Program-made: the position numbers and the translations under genes
Part shown: positions 42,326 through 51,832 of the stretch, one piece after another
How the letters are laid out: every line of letters begins with the position of its first letter
Position numbering within the stretch: the first letter of the stretch is position 1
Origin: an uncultured delta proteobacterium
Lineage (GTDB): Bacteria > Desulfobacterota > Binatia > UBA9968
Direction: 5' to 3'
DNA: 64,000 nt
Assembly (NCBI GenBank): GCA_963728565.1
Contig: CAVSLC010000014.1
Location: 64,001 to 128,000, forward strand
Notes under the pieces: model-generated
Database searches by the model: none
The model's input: the letters and a program-made list of their open reading frames with translations, nothing else
Told to the model about the DNA's origin: nothing

Positions 42326-43294
42326 TTGGATTTGGCGCTGGAAATTCTCCCACAGGTATTGCTGGAGGGTCTCGTACTAGGATTCATGTACGCTCTGATC
42401 GCTCTCGGCTATACCATGGTTTATGGTGTCCTGGAGTTTATCAACTTTGCTCACAGTGAAATTTTCGTCCTCGGTGCGTTTGTCGGTGTCGAAGTTCTCT
42501 TTTGGCTTCAGGACGCCGGACAACTGGCGGTCTTACATCCGGCCTTCGTCTTGTCGCTGGTGATTGCTGCCGGCATGTTGATCAGCGGCCTGGCCGCCAT
42601 GGCGCTGGAGCGTGTGGCATATCGTCCGCTTCAGGGTGGTCCGCGTCTGGTCGCGCTGATCTCCGCCATCGGCGCGTCATTTTTTCTCCAAGATGCGCTG
42701 CGTTTGTTCGAAAGTCTCTGGCGCAACACCTTTTACCTCAATTATCCGACTCTCGATGTGCTCGATGAGGTCTTACCCTTGGCAACTAATCTTGTCGTGC
42801 CGGTGAAGTCCCTGATGGTCATTGCCACCTCACTGCTTAGCCTGGCCGGCCTCTATTACTTCGTGAATCGGACGCGCATCGGCACGGCGATCCGCGCGGT
42901 CGCGCAGGATCCGGAAACCGCCTCGCTGATGGGGATTCCGGTCAATCGCGTCATTGCGCTAACATTTTTTGTCGGCGGCGCGATGGGAGGTTTGGCTGGG
43001 GTTCTGTTTGGCCTTCACTATAGCCTGGTCAATCCCTACAGCGGATTTGCGCCGGGGCTGAAAGCTTTCACCGCCGCGGTCCTGGGCGGCATCGGCAATA
43101 TTCCGGGTGCAATGCTGGGCGGCATGGTACTGGGTTTGTTGGAGGCATTCGCCGCTTCTTATCTGTCGATTCTTACCGACGGCGCCTTCGGCGCCGAATA
43201 TAAGGATGTCTTCGCCTTTCTTGTGCTGATCATGATCTTGATTTTTCGTCCTAGAGGGTTGCTGGGTGAGACCGTGCGCGAGGGCCGGGCGTGA
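42326..43294 (+). CDS. livH: Branched-chain amino acid ABC transporter permease
   Basis: YALIALGYTMVYG...NFAH, GTAIRA, KAFTAAVLGGIG. Confidence 0.93.
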   Translation: MDLALEILPQVLLEGLVLGFMYALIALGYTMVYGVLEFINFAHSEIFVLGAFVGVEVLFWLQDAGQLAVLHPAFVLSLVIAAGMLISGLAAMALERVAYRPLQGGPRLVALISAIGASFFLQDALRLFESLWRNTFYLNYPTLDVLDEVLPLATNLVVPVKSLMVIATSLLSLAGLYYFVNRTRIGTAIRAVAQDPETASLMGIPVNRVIALTFFVGGAMGGLAGVLFGLHYSLVNPYSGFAPGLKAFTAAVLGGIGNIPGAMLGGMVLGLLEAFAASYLSILTDGAFGAEYKDVFAFLVLIMILIFRPRGLLGETVREGRA

Positions 43295-44538
43295 GTGGTT
43301 CGCTACCGTCGTTGGGCTTGTTGGCATACATCGCTGCAAGCTCCGTGCTGGCCTTTGTCTTCCCCCAATCTGTCTTGGCCTTTCTCCTGGTCGAAGCTTC
43401 ATTGCTGTTGCTCTGCTACGTCTCGGCGCCGCTCAAAATAAGAATATACTTGGCTGCTTTGGTGCTGCTGATCCTGATCCCCTTCCTGGGGACGTTTAAC
43501 GGTTACTATCTGGAAGTTGCCATTCAGATCGGCATCTATGTCGCGCTTGCTCTGGGGTTGAATATCGTCGTCGGCTTTGTCGGCCTGCTCAATCTCGGCT
43601 TCGTTGCCTTTTACGCCATCGGCGCCTACCTGTGGGCGATCTTCGGTTCGCCACAAGCCAATGAATTTATTCCCGGCGGATTCTTTCCCTTGTCGGCGAA
43701 TTGGTTTTTTATCTTTCTTATTTTCAGCATCGCTGCCGGGGCGCTGACGGGAACGTTGCTGGGGCTGCCGGTGCTCCGTTTGCGCGGCGATTATCTGGCT
43801 ATCGTCACCTTGGGGTTTGCCGAGGTGGTGCGCGCGGTCGTCAACAACCTCGATAAGCCGATCAACATCACCAATGGTCCAAAAGGCATCTCCCCGATCG
43901 TTAAACCGCCGCTTTTTTTCAAACCGTGGCTGGAATTCTTCGGGTTGGAAATCGCCGATTCGACATTGTACCCGCTGTATTTTTACTTTCTCGTGCTCCT
44001 GATGGCGCTGCTCATCATTCTTATCACACGCCGACTCGAGGACTCGCGCGTCGGCCGGGCGTGGAAGGCGATCCGCGAAGACGAATTGGCGGCGTCGGCA
44101 ATGGGTGTTCCGGTGGTGCGCATGAAGCTGTTCGCGTTCGCGGTGGGCGCGTCCTTCGCTGCGGCCGTGGGAGTGTTGTTTGCCGCCAAGCAGGTTTTCA
44201 TCAATCCCGAGAGCTTTACCTTCATGGAATCCATCGGAGTTCTGGCGATGGTGATCCTCGGCGGCATGGGCTCGATTCCAGGCGCCATTCTCGGCGCTAC
44301 CGGTGTGACGATTCTCAACCTCCAATTGCTCAAGGGCCTATCGCTATGGCTCAACGGCCTGCGCCAATCAGGCGCTGAATTGACCTTGCCGCTTTTGGGA
44401 AGCTATTCGTTGAGCCAGTTGCCGGCCCAGTTCGAGCCGGCAAAATACGAACGAATGGTTTTCGGTCTGATTTTGATTCTGATGATGATTTTCCGCCCGC
44501 AAGGTATTTTGCCGCCGCGGCGCGACCGGCGAACTTAA
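43291..44538 (+). CDS. livM: Branched-chain amino acid ABC transporter permease
   Basis: LGLNIVVG, LRLRGDYLAIVTLGF, GRAWKAIREDE, RPQG. Confidence 0.93.
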   Translation: MSGSLPSLGLLAYIAASSVLAFVFPQSVLAFLLVEASLLLLCYVSAPLKIRIYLAALVLLILIPFLGTFNGYYLEVAIQIGIYVALALGLNIVVGFVGLLNLGFVAFYAIGAYLWAIFGSPQANEFIPGGFFPLSANWFFIFLIFSIAAGALTGTLLGLPVLRLRGDYLAIVTLGFAEVVRAVVNNLDKPINITNGPKGISPIVKPPLFFKPWLEFFGLEIADSTLYPLYFYFLVLLMALLIILITRRLEDSRVGRAWKAIREDELAASAMGVPVVRMKLFAFAVGASFAAAVGVLFAAKQVFINPESFTFMESIGVLAMVILGGMGSIPGAILGATGVTILNLQLLKGLSLWLNGLRQSGAELTLPLLGSYSLSQLPAQFEPAKYERMVFGLILILMMIFRPQGILPPRRDRRT

Positions 44539-45318
44539 ATGGCGCTGCTAGAGCTGCGGGATATTTCCAAACGGTTCGGCGGATTGCAGGCTTTGGCGCG
44601 GGTCAAGCTCGACATTGAATCCGGCACCATCGCCTCGCTTATCGGCCCTAACGGCGCGGGCAAGACGACACTGTTCAACATCCTGACCGGAGTCTATCAG
44701 CCGGATGGCGGCGAAATCCGTTTTCTCGACCGGACCTTGGTGGGTTTAAAGCCCGACAGAATCACCAAGGCGGGGATCAGCCGGACGTTCCAAAATATCC
44801 GCCTGTTCTCGCATATGACGGTCCTGGACAACGTGCTAGTCGGTATGCATTCGCGCATGCACACCAGTTTCGCTGAAATCCTGCTGCGCACCCGGAACTT
44901 CCACAATCGCGAAGACCGCGCGCGCAGCCGGGCAATGGAGCTGATCGAACTGACCGGCCTCGGCGGCCGTCAAGGCGAGTGGGCGCACCAGCTCTCCTAC
45001 GGAGAACAACGCCGGCTCGAGATCGCGCGGGCCTTGGCCGCAGCCCCGAAGCTGCTGCTGCTCGATGAGCCGACTGCGGGAATGAATTCCACCGAAGCGC
45101 AGTCGCTGGTTAACTTGTTCAAAGATTTGGTCGGCAGATATGTCGAAGCGATTCTGCTCATCGAGCACAATATGCGCGTGGTCATGGGCGTGTCGCATTG
45201 GGTCCATGTTCTCGACTACGGTGAAAAGATCGCCGAAGGCCATCCGGACGAAGTGCGCCAAAATCCGCGGGTGATCGAGGCCTACCTTGGCGCATGGGCG
45301 GAGCATGCTCAGCGTTAA
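44539..45318 (+). CDS. livG: Branched-chain amino acid ABC transporter ATPase
   Basis: GPNGAGKTT, RTFQN, LSYGEQRRLE, DEPTAG, VIEAYLG. Confidence 0.94.
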   Translation: MALLELRDISKRFGGLQALARVKLDIESGTIASLIGPNGAGKTTLFNILTGVYQPDGGEIRFLDRTLVGLKPDRITKAGISRTFQNIRLFSHMTVLDNVLVGMHSRMHTSFAEILLRTRNFHNREDRARSRAMELIELTGLGGRQGEWAHQLSYGEQRRLEIARALAAAPKLLLLDEPTAGMNSTEAQSLVNLFKDLVGRYVEAILLIEHNMRVVMGVSHWVHVLDYGEKIAEGHPDEVRQNPRVIEAYLGAWAEHAQR

Positions 45319-46006
45319 CGGGATCCACGTCTATTACGACGCCATTCATGCGCTGAAGGGCGTAACGTTTTCCGTCGAGGCGGGCGAGCTCGTCACGCTT
45401 CTGGGCGGCAATGGCGCGGGCAAGACGACTACCTTGAAAACAATTTCCGGACTGCTGCGTCCACGCCGCGGTAACATCGAACTGGAGGGCTGCGCTCTAG
45501 ATGAGATCGAGGCCCACGAGATCGTCCGGCGCGGGGTAGCTCATGTGCCGGAAGGCCGGAAAGTTTTTCCTCGTTTCACGGTGCTCGAGAATTTGCAGGT
45601 CGGCGGTTACAGCCGCAGCATCAAATCGCTTGCGCCCGACCTCGACTTTGTTTATCGCATGTTTCCACGCTTGCACGAACGGCAGAAGCAATACGCAGGC
45701 ACCCTGTCTGGAGGCGAGCAGCAGATGCTGGCGATCGGCCGAGCCTTGATGGCCAAGCCGAAATTATTGCTGCTCGATGAGCCATCGATGGGGCTGGCGC
45801 CAAAAATCGTCGAGCAGATTTTGGAGAACATTCGCGCAATCAACCAATCCGGCGTCACGGTTCTGCTGGTCGAGCAAAATGCCGCGATGGCCCTGGCGAT
45901 CTCGCATCGCGGTTACGTGCTCGAGACAGGCCAAGTGATTCTAAGCGGCGCGTCCAGCGATTTGGCCGGTAATGATCTGGTGCGGCAAGCCTATCTCGGG
46001 GGCTAG
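45305..46006 (+). CDS. livF: Branched-chain amino acid ABC transporter ATPase
   Basis: GGNGAGKTT, VPEGR, LSGGEQQM, DEPSMGLAP, VEQN. Confidence 0.94.
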   Translation: MLSVNGIHVYYDAIHALKGVTFSVEAGELVTLLGGNGAGKTTTLKTISGLLRPRRGNIELEGCALDEIEAHEIVRRGVAHVPEGRKVFPRFTVLENLQVGGYSRSIKSLAPDLDFVYRMFPRLHERQKQYAGTLSGGEQQMLAIGRALMAKPKLLLLDEPSMGLAPKIVEQILENIRAINQSGVTVLLVEQNAAMALAISHRGYVLETGQVILSGASSDLAGNDLVRQAYLGG

Positions 46007-46130
46007 CAGACTGCTGAAAAACCTCACATGCTTTGTTGCGTTCGATCGACTCGCTTCAACGTAGCGCATAGCTAAGCCCGCGTTCGTCGGCTTTTCGCGC
46101 GTCGCCCTTGTGAACTTTTTGAGCAGCGCG
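46006..46130. mobile_element. MITE-like element, copy 1 (about 125 bp)
   Basis: Ends CAGACTGCTGAAAAA / TTTTTGAGCAG; colinear similarity to 55185-55309; begins at the livF TAG. Confidence 0.7.
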
Positions 46131-46231
46131 GCTTGTGGCGTCCGCTAAAGCGCTGGAGCTTCGGACCGCTAGTACTCGCCGCTCAATTGCCATGTCACGT
46201 TCGACCTGCACAATTCATCGTTCACTCACAC

Positions 46232-46260
46232 TTGACAAGCCAGGCTTGGGCTCATATTTC
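46232..46260 (+). promoter_or_regulatory. Sigma70-type promoter candidate
   Basis: TTGACA-N17-TATTTC upstream of the hydantoinase A gene. Confidence 0.55.
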
Positions 46261-46289
46261 TGCAAGCAATTCACTTCGGAAGGAATTTC

Positions 46290-48401
46290 ATGGCGGCAAA
46301 GAGAAATTACATTATCGGCGTCGATACCGGCGGCACGTTTACCGATGTTGTGGTCTTGGCGGACACGGGCGAAGTTTGGACAGCAAAGGCTTCGACCACC
46401 CCGGACGATTTTTCCCGTGGTGTGATGGATGCGGTCGGCGAAGCCGCGCAGATCATGGGAGTTGAGAGTTCGGATCTTCTCGGTCGCACGACACTATTTA
46501 AGCACGGCAGCACGGTCGCAACCAACGCGTTGATCACGCGCAGCGGCGTCAAGGTGGGTCTGATTACGACTCGGGGGTTCGAAGATACCACCGAGATCAT
46601 GCGCGCGATCGGCCGGGTTGACGGTTTGTCGGATGACGAGATCAAACACGTCACCTGGATCACCAAACCAGAACCGTTCGTCCCTAGGGAGCGGGTCATC
46701 GGCGTGCGCGAGCGCATCGACTATCAGGGCAACGAAATCGTTCCGCTCAATTGGGATGATGTCATGGAGGCGATTCGCCGGCTTATCGAAGACGATAAGG
46801 TCGACGCCATTGCCGTCAGTCTCATGCATGCATGGGTGAATCCGCAACACGAGAACGAAATTCGCGCTTTGACGGCCGAAGCGGATCCGCACCGAAAAGT
46901 TTATTGGTCTTTCGGTAGTTCGTTGTCCCAAGTAGCCGGCGAGTATGCGCGCGCCAATACGGCGATTTTGAATAGCTATCTCGGACCCACGGTGGAGCGC
47001 TACTTGAAAGGCTTGGAAGACAAACTTGCCAGCGGCGGTCTCAAAGGACCGCTGTTGATCATGCAAGGTAACGGCGGCGTGGCGCATCGCGAGCACGTCA
47101 GTGCGATTGCCAACCTCCAATCCGGTCCGGCCGGCGGCATGATTGCTTCGGCTTACATTGCCGGCCTCCTCGAACACAAGAATGTCATTACCACTGACAT
47201 GGGCGGGACCAGCTTCGACGTCGGCCTTATCACCGAAGGCTATTGGCGCTATGCGCAAGAACCCATTGTCGAACGGTTCCGCATGTTGCAGCCGATCATC
47301 GATATCGAATCGATCGGCGCAGGCGGCGGCACCATCGCCCAGGTAGAAATCGAAACCGGCCGCTTGCTGGTCGGCCCGCGCAGCGCCGGCGCCAGTCCCG
47401 GACCGGTTTGTTACGACGCCGGCGGTGATCAAGTGACGGTTACCGACGCCGATCTCGCTCTCGGCATCATCGATCCCGATTATTTTCTCGGCGGTAGAAA
47501 GTCTTTGAATAAAGACAAGGCGCTTAAGTTGATCGAGGAGAAGATTGCTCAGCCTCTAAAATTAAAAGTTCATGAAGCCGCCGCCGGAGTTCACGATATC
47601 GTCAATGCCAAAATGTCCGATCTGATTCGCCGGCAAGTGGTTCGCACCGGTTATCTTCCGGAAGAATTCGTCATATACGCATTTGGCGGTGCGGGAGCGG
47701 TGCACGCTTCAGGGTTCGCCGCTGAGTTGGGGATCAAGCAGATCTATATCTTCGCCACTTCGCCGGTTTTTTCCGCTTTCGGGGCAGCCGCTGCCGATGT
47801 CATCCGCACGCGCGTGATGAGCTGCCAGTATATTTTACCGGCGGATCCGGTCGTCATAAACCAGCGACTCGAGGGCATCGAAAAAGAGATGAGCGCCGAC
47901 ATGAACCGTGAAGGGTTCAAGCCGGGCCGGGTGGAATTCCGGCGTTTCTTCACGATTCGCTACCGCCGGCAAAGCGCCGGGGTTGAAATGCCGGTTAGTT
48001 GGGATCGGTTCAATCCCAAGCGCATGACCGAAATGCAGAGCGCGTTTGAAAAGAAATATGAGGAGCTGTACGGCGTCGGTTCGGGTTATGCCAAGGCGGG
48101 CATCGAAATCAGCGAAATTCGCGTCGATGCAGTGGGCAAGGTAGCCAAGCCGAAGGTGACGGCAAAGCGGAAGAGCAACCGCGATGCCCGCTCGGCGCGC
48201 AAAGGCAAACGCGAAATATTTTTTACCCGACCCGAACGTAAATTCATCGATACTCCAGTTTACGATTACGAGCGACTTGGCGTTGGCGCCATCGTCCGCG
48301 GCCCGGCCGTCATCGAGCTGCCGTTTACTACCGCGTTGGTGCCACCGGAGCACAGGGTGAGCATTGACCCGTATTTGAACCTGGTGATGGAAGTGCCCTG
48401 A
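46290..48401 (+). CDS. Hydantoinase A/oxoprolinase-family ATP-binding subunit (acetone carboxylase beta-like)
   Basis: GVDTGGTFTD, HGSTVATN, SGPAGG, DMGGTSFD, IGAGGG, SAGASPGP.CY, FGGAG. Confidence 0.93.
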   Translation: MAAKRNYIIGVDTGGTFTDVVVLADTGEVWTAKASTTPDDFSRGVMDAVGEAAQIMGVESSDLLGRTTLFKHGSTVATNALITRSGVKVGLITTRGFEDTTEIMRAIGRVDGLSDDEIKHVTWITKPEPFVPRERVIGVRERIDYQGNEIVPLNWDDVMEAIRRLIEDDKVDAIAVSLMHAWVNPQHENEIRALTAEADPHRKVYWSFGSSLSQVAGEYARANTAILNSYLGPTVERYLKGLEDKLASGGLKGPLLIMQGNGGVAHREHVSAIANLQSGPAGGMIASAYIAGLLEHKNVITTDMGGTSFDVGLITEGYWRYAQEPIVERFRMLQPIIDIESIGAGGGTIAQVEIETGRLLVGPRSAGASPGPVCYDAGGDQVTVTDADLALGIIDPDYFLGGRKSLNKDKALKLIEEKIAQPLKLKVHEAAAGVHDIVNAKMSDLIRRQVVRTGYLPEEFVIYAFGGAGAVHASGFAAELGIKQIYIFATSPVFSAFGAAAADVIRTRVMSCQYILPADPVVINQRLEGIEKEMSADMNREGFKPGRVEFRRFFTIRYRRQSAGVEMPVSWDRFNPKRMTEMQSAFEKKYEELYGVGSGYAKAGIEISEIRVDAVGKVAKPKVTAKRKSNRDARSARKGKREIFFTRPERKFIDTPVYDYERLGVGAIVRGPAVIELPFTTALVPPEHRVSIDPYLNLVMEVP

Positions 48402-48420
48402 GACACCGAGCAGTTGAACG

Positions 48421-49434
48421 ATGGAGCAAGGGCAAAAGGAGGACCGTCGGATGATCCAGCGAGCGATCTTCGTTTTTGTCCATGCCTGGGCCTTTCTGAT
48501 GCTGCTCTGGTCGGTCTCAGTCGCCGAGCCACTACGCATCGCGGTGGGCGCGGCAAGCATCGCGACACTGCCCACCTGGGTGGCCCAGGACGGCGGTTAT
48601 TTTATGCGTGAGGGCGTGCCCATCGAGCAGATCTACATTCGCGGCGGGCCGCAGACTTTTTCCGCGCTGATCGGCGGTGACGTGCACATCGTTCAGGTCT
48701 ATAGCGCGCCGGTACTCTCGGCGCGCTTCACCGGCGCGGATGCTGTTATCATCGCCGGGCTAGTGAACCAACCGGTTTTCTCCGTCGTTAGCACTGCTGG
48801 TATCAACAAAACGGAAGATCTTCGCGGCAAGCGCATCGGCATCACCACTTTCGGCTCGGCTACGGACTTAGCCCTGCGGCTAGCGCTCAAGAAGTGGGGA
48901 CTCAAGCCCGACACCGAAGTCAATTTACTACAGATGCGCGGTGTGCCAGAAATCCTGGGAGCGCTCCAGGCAAAAGCCATCGACGCGGGTATTCTTTCGC
49001 CACCCACCAACATGGTGGCGATTAAGGCGGGGTTTAAAGAATTATCATACCTGCCACAGGCGGGAATTTCGTTTCAACACACCACACTGGCGACCACGCG
49101 CAGATATCTCGAACGGAACCGTGCCACTCTGGTCAAGGTATTGCGGGCCTACGTCGTCGCTATCGAACGCATCAAAGCCGACAAGGCTTTCACCATGACA
49201 ACAATCTCAAAACATATGCGCACCACCGACAGCGACGTATTGGAGTACAGTTACAACGCCGCGGCGCCTCTGTTCAGGGCGCCGCCTTATCCGACACTGG
49301 AAGGCATTCAATCGACACTGGACTTTCTGGCTGAAAAAGAACCAAAAGCTAAGCAGGCTCAGCCCAAAGACTTTGTCGATAATTCCCTGCTCGACGAATT
49401 GGTCAAAACCAGCGCTGACATTCCGAAGAAATGA
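48421..49434 (+). CDS. NMT1/SsuA-type substrate-binding protein
   Basis: Signal peptide, LPTWVAQDGGYF, DLRGKRIGI, PYPTLEG, FVDNSLLDEL. Confidence 0.9.
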   Translation: MEQGQKEDRRMIQRAIFVFVHAWAFLMLLWSVSVAEPLRIAVGAASIATLPTWVAQDGGYFMREGVPIEQIYIRGGPQTFSALIGGDVHIVQVYSAPVLSARFTGADAVIIAGLVNQPVFSVVSTAGINKTEDLRGKRIGITTFGSATDLALRLALKKWGLKPDTEVNLLQMRGVPEILGALQAKAIDAGILSPPTNMVAIKAGFKELSYLPQAGISFQHTTLATTRRYLERNRATLVKVLRAYVVAIERIKADKAFTMTTISKHMRTTDSDVLEYSYNAAAPLFRAPPYPTLEGIQSTLDFLAEKEPKAKQAQPKDFVDNSLLDELVKTSADIPKK

Positions 49435-49448
49435 ACTAGGAGCCAACA

Positions 49449-51671
49449 ATGAAAAAACAAAAAGAGACCATCGATCCGATTCGCTATGAAATGTTTCTCC
49501 ATCGCCTCTGGGCCATCGGTGAAGAAGGACGCATGACCCTGCAACGAGTGACCGCTTCGCCGATCGTCTCTCAAGGAGGCGAGTGCATGAGCTCCTTCTA
49601 TGACGAGACCGGCACGATGGTGCTTGCTTGCTCGGGTCACCTGCGCTTTGCCGCCGCCACTTCGGATGCGATCCGCAACCTGATGCAGCGCTTCAGCAAA
49701 ACTCCCGGTTTTCACGATGGCGACCAATTTTTTTTCAACGATCCGTATGTCGCCGGCTCGCATACTTACGACATGATGATTGTCAAACCGATTTTCTTCC
49801 GCGGCGAGTTGATCGGCTGGACAGCGACCAGCACGCACACCGCCGACACCGGAGGCGTACTCCGCGGCGGCGCCTACGAGATCTTCCACGAGGGTATCTG
49901 CATACCGGGATTGAAAATCGTCGAGAAGAACGAGTTCCGCGAGGATGTGTTTCAAACTCTGACGGGGCAGTGCCGTGATCCCCAGTACGTCGGCCTGGAT
50001 CTCAAGGCGATGATCGCGGGGAATAATATCTGCGCCAAACGATATCTTGGCTTGGTGGAAAAATTCGGGCTCAAGTTCGTGCAATTGGCCGGCGAAAAAA
50101 TGATTGAGGATTCCGAGAGCAAGGCGCGGGCAAAACTTAGATCGATGCCCGACGGCACCTGGATGACCCGGCAGTACGTCACTACCTTGGATCGCAAGAC
50201 GCGCAAATCGGTGGCGCAACAGCTCTACTGCACCATGACCAAGAAGCGCGACGAGTTGCTTTTTGACTTCACCGGCACGAGCCCGCAGACCGATACCGAC
50301 CACAATTCGACCTTGCCCAGCACCGTGGCTCATCTGGCGCTGGCGCTGACCAATACTCTTTTCTGGGACGTGCCCTGGAGCGATGGCAAGATGCGTCCGG
50401 TCAAGGTCCAGGTGCCGGAAGGATCCATTTTAAATTGCAAATATCCTGCGGCCTGCGGCGCCGGCCCGCGCATCGGCAACGTGCTCGTGTCGACGGTATG
50501 CGAGGCGGTGGCAAAAATGATCTATGCTTCCGGCCGCTACGACGACGTCAATGCATCGACCACGGGGAATTTGGAATTTGTCGGCGGCCCCGGCTACTTC
50601 TACGGCGGCCACACCCGCGAAGGGATCGCCGTTGCTCAAGGACTCTACGATATCCATGGAGCGGGAATGGGCGCCAGGCCTCACGGTGACGGCGTCAATA
50701 CCGGCGGGCATATGAATATTCCATCGGCCGGCATATCGGACATCGAGCGCATCGAAATGCAGTATCCGTTTCTTTATTTCACCCGCTCGCACAATCCGGA
50801 CGGCAGCGGCTTTGGGCAGTACCGCGGCGGCCTCGGCAGCTATCGCATCTATCTGATCTATGGTTCGAAAGATTGCAGCGTCGATTACAAACCTTATGGC
50901 GGCGTCGCTCAAGGTGGCTTTGGCCTTGCCGGCGGTTATCCTACCGGCATCGGCGCAACCCGGGTGATGATCGAAGCCGGTCTCGAAATGCTTGGCCGGG
51001 TCAAAGCAGGCGAATATCCCACGGTGGGCGCGATGCGCGCGGGGGAGTGGGGCAAATCAATCTTACCGGCGGGTGTGCCGGAGCGAGTGCCGTTGCCGGA
51101 AGGCACTTTGTTGGTCGACTATGTAGCCGGCGGTGGCGGATTCGGCGATCCCATCGACCGGGATCCAGGCGCCGTCTTGAAAGACTTCGGCTACGGCTGG
51201 GTGAGCGGGGAGATTGCGGAAAGAATTTACGGCGTCGTCTTCGCCGACAGCGGCAAGGCTGTCGACCGCGCCGCCACCGAAGATTGCCGCCGCCGAATTC
51301 GCGAAGCACGCAAGCAAGACGCGCCGATCTCGCAGAAGTCCAGCGATAAAGCCGCTGCCGATAGTAGTGACTCACGACAGCTGCTGCGCTTTCATGCGGC
51401 TTTGGAGATTATCGGCAACGGCAAGAAAAAAACCATTCGATGCAGCCGCTGCGGTCATCTCTACTGCAAGGCCGATGAAAACTACAAACATTATGCGCTC
51501 CATCGCATTCTGGATCTCAACGACTCCATGCCGCCGCTGCCGACGGGGGAGCGTTACATCGGCGAATACCACATCTATTCCTGCCCTGGCTGCGCCACGC
51601 AGCTACAGGTGGATTTGTACAGCCCGAGCTTGGGTGGCGATCCGGTTTTGTGGGATACCAGAATCGCGTGA
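49449..51671 (+). CDS. Hydantoinase B/acetone carboxylase alpha-like subunit fused to an acetone carboxylase gamma-like Zn domain
   Basis: ASPIV..GE, NDPY..GSH..D, HTADTGG, GGGGFGDPIDRDP, then IRCSRCGH...ENYK...SCPGCATQL. Confidence 0.88.
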   Translation: MKKQKETIDPIRYEMFLHRLWAIGEEGRMTLQRVTASPIVSQGGECMSSFYDETGTMVLACSGHLRFAAATSDAIRNLMQRFSKTPGFHDGDQFFFNDPYVAGSHTYDMMIVKPIFFRGELIGWTATSTHTADTGGVLRGGAYEIFHEGICIPGLKIVEKNEFREDVFQTLTGQCRDPQYVGLDLKAMIAGNNICAKRYLGLVEKFGLKFVQLAGEKMIEDSESKARAKLRSMPDGTWMTRQYVTTLDRKTRKSVAQQLYCTMTKKRDELLFDFTGTSPQTDTDHNSTLPSTVAHLALALTNTLFWDVPWSDGKMRPVKVQVPEGSILNCKYPAACGAGPRIGNVLVSTVCEAVAKMIYASGRYDDVNASTTGNLEFVGGPGYFYGGHTREGIAVAQGLYDIHGAGMGARPHGDGVNTGGHMNIPSAGISDIERIEMQYPFLYFTRSHNPDGSGFGQYRGGLGSYRIYLIYGSKDCSVDYKPYGGVAQGGFGLAGGYPTGIGATRVMIEAGLEMLGRVKAGEYPTVGAMRAGEWGKSILPAGVPERVPLPEGTLLVDYVAGGGGFGDPIDRDPGAVLKDFGYGWVSGEIAERIYGVVFADSGKAVDRAATEDCRRRIREARKQDAPISQKSSDKAAADSSDSRQLLRFHAALEIIGNGKKKTIRCSRCGHLYCKADENYKHYALHRILDLNDSMPPLPTGERYIGEYHIYSCPGCATQLQVDLYSPSLGGDPVLWDTRIA

Positions 51672-51832
51672 CTCATACCCGTTCAGGAATTGGCTCGGAT
51701 AAGGCATTCCGCATAGCACGAAATGTAAGCGCCACTGATGTAATTTGATCGAAACTAGCCGGGGAGCGAAGTCCTGTTTGATGCTAAATTATTCGTCCCC
51801 GGACGAAGCATAACGGCGCTCTGGAGGAGACA

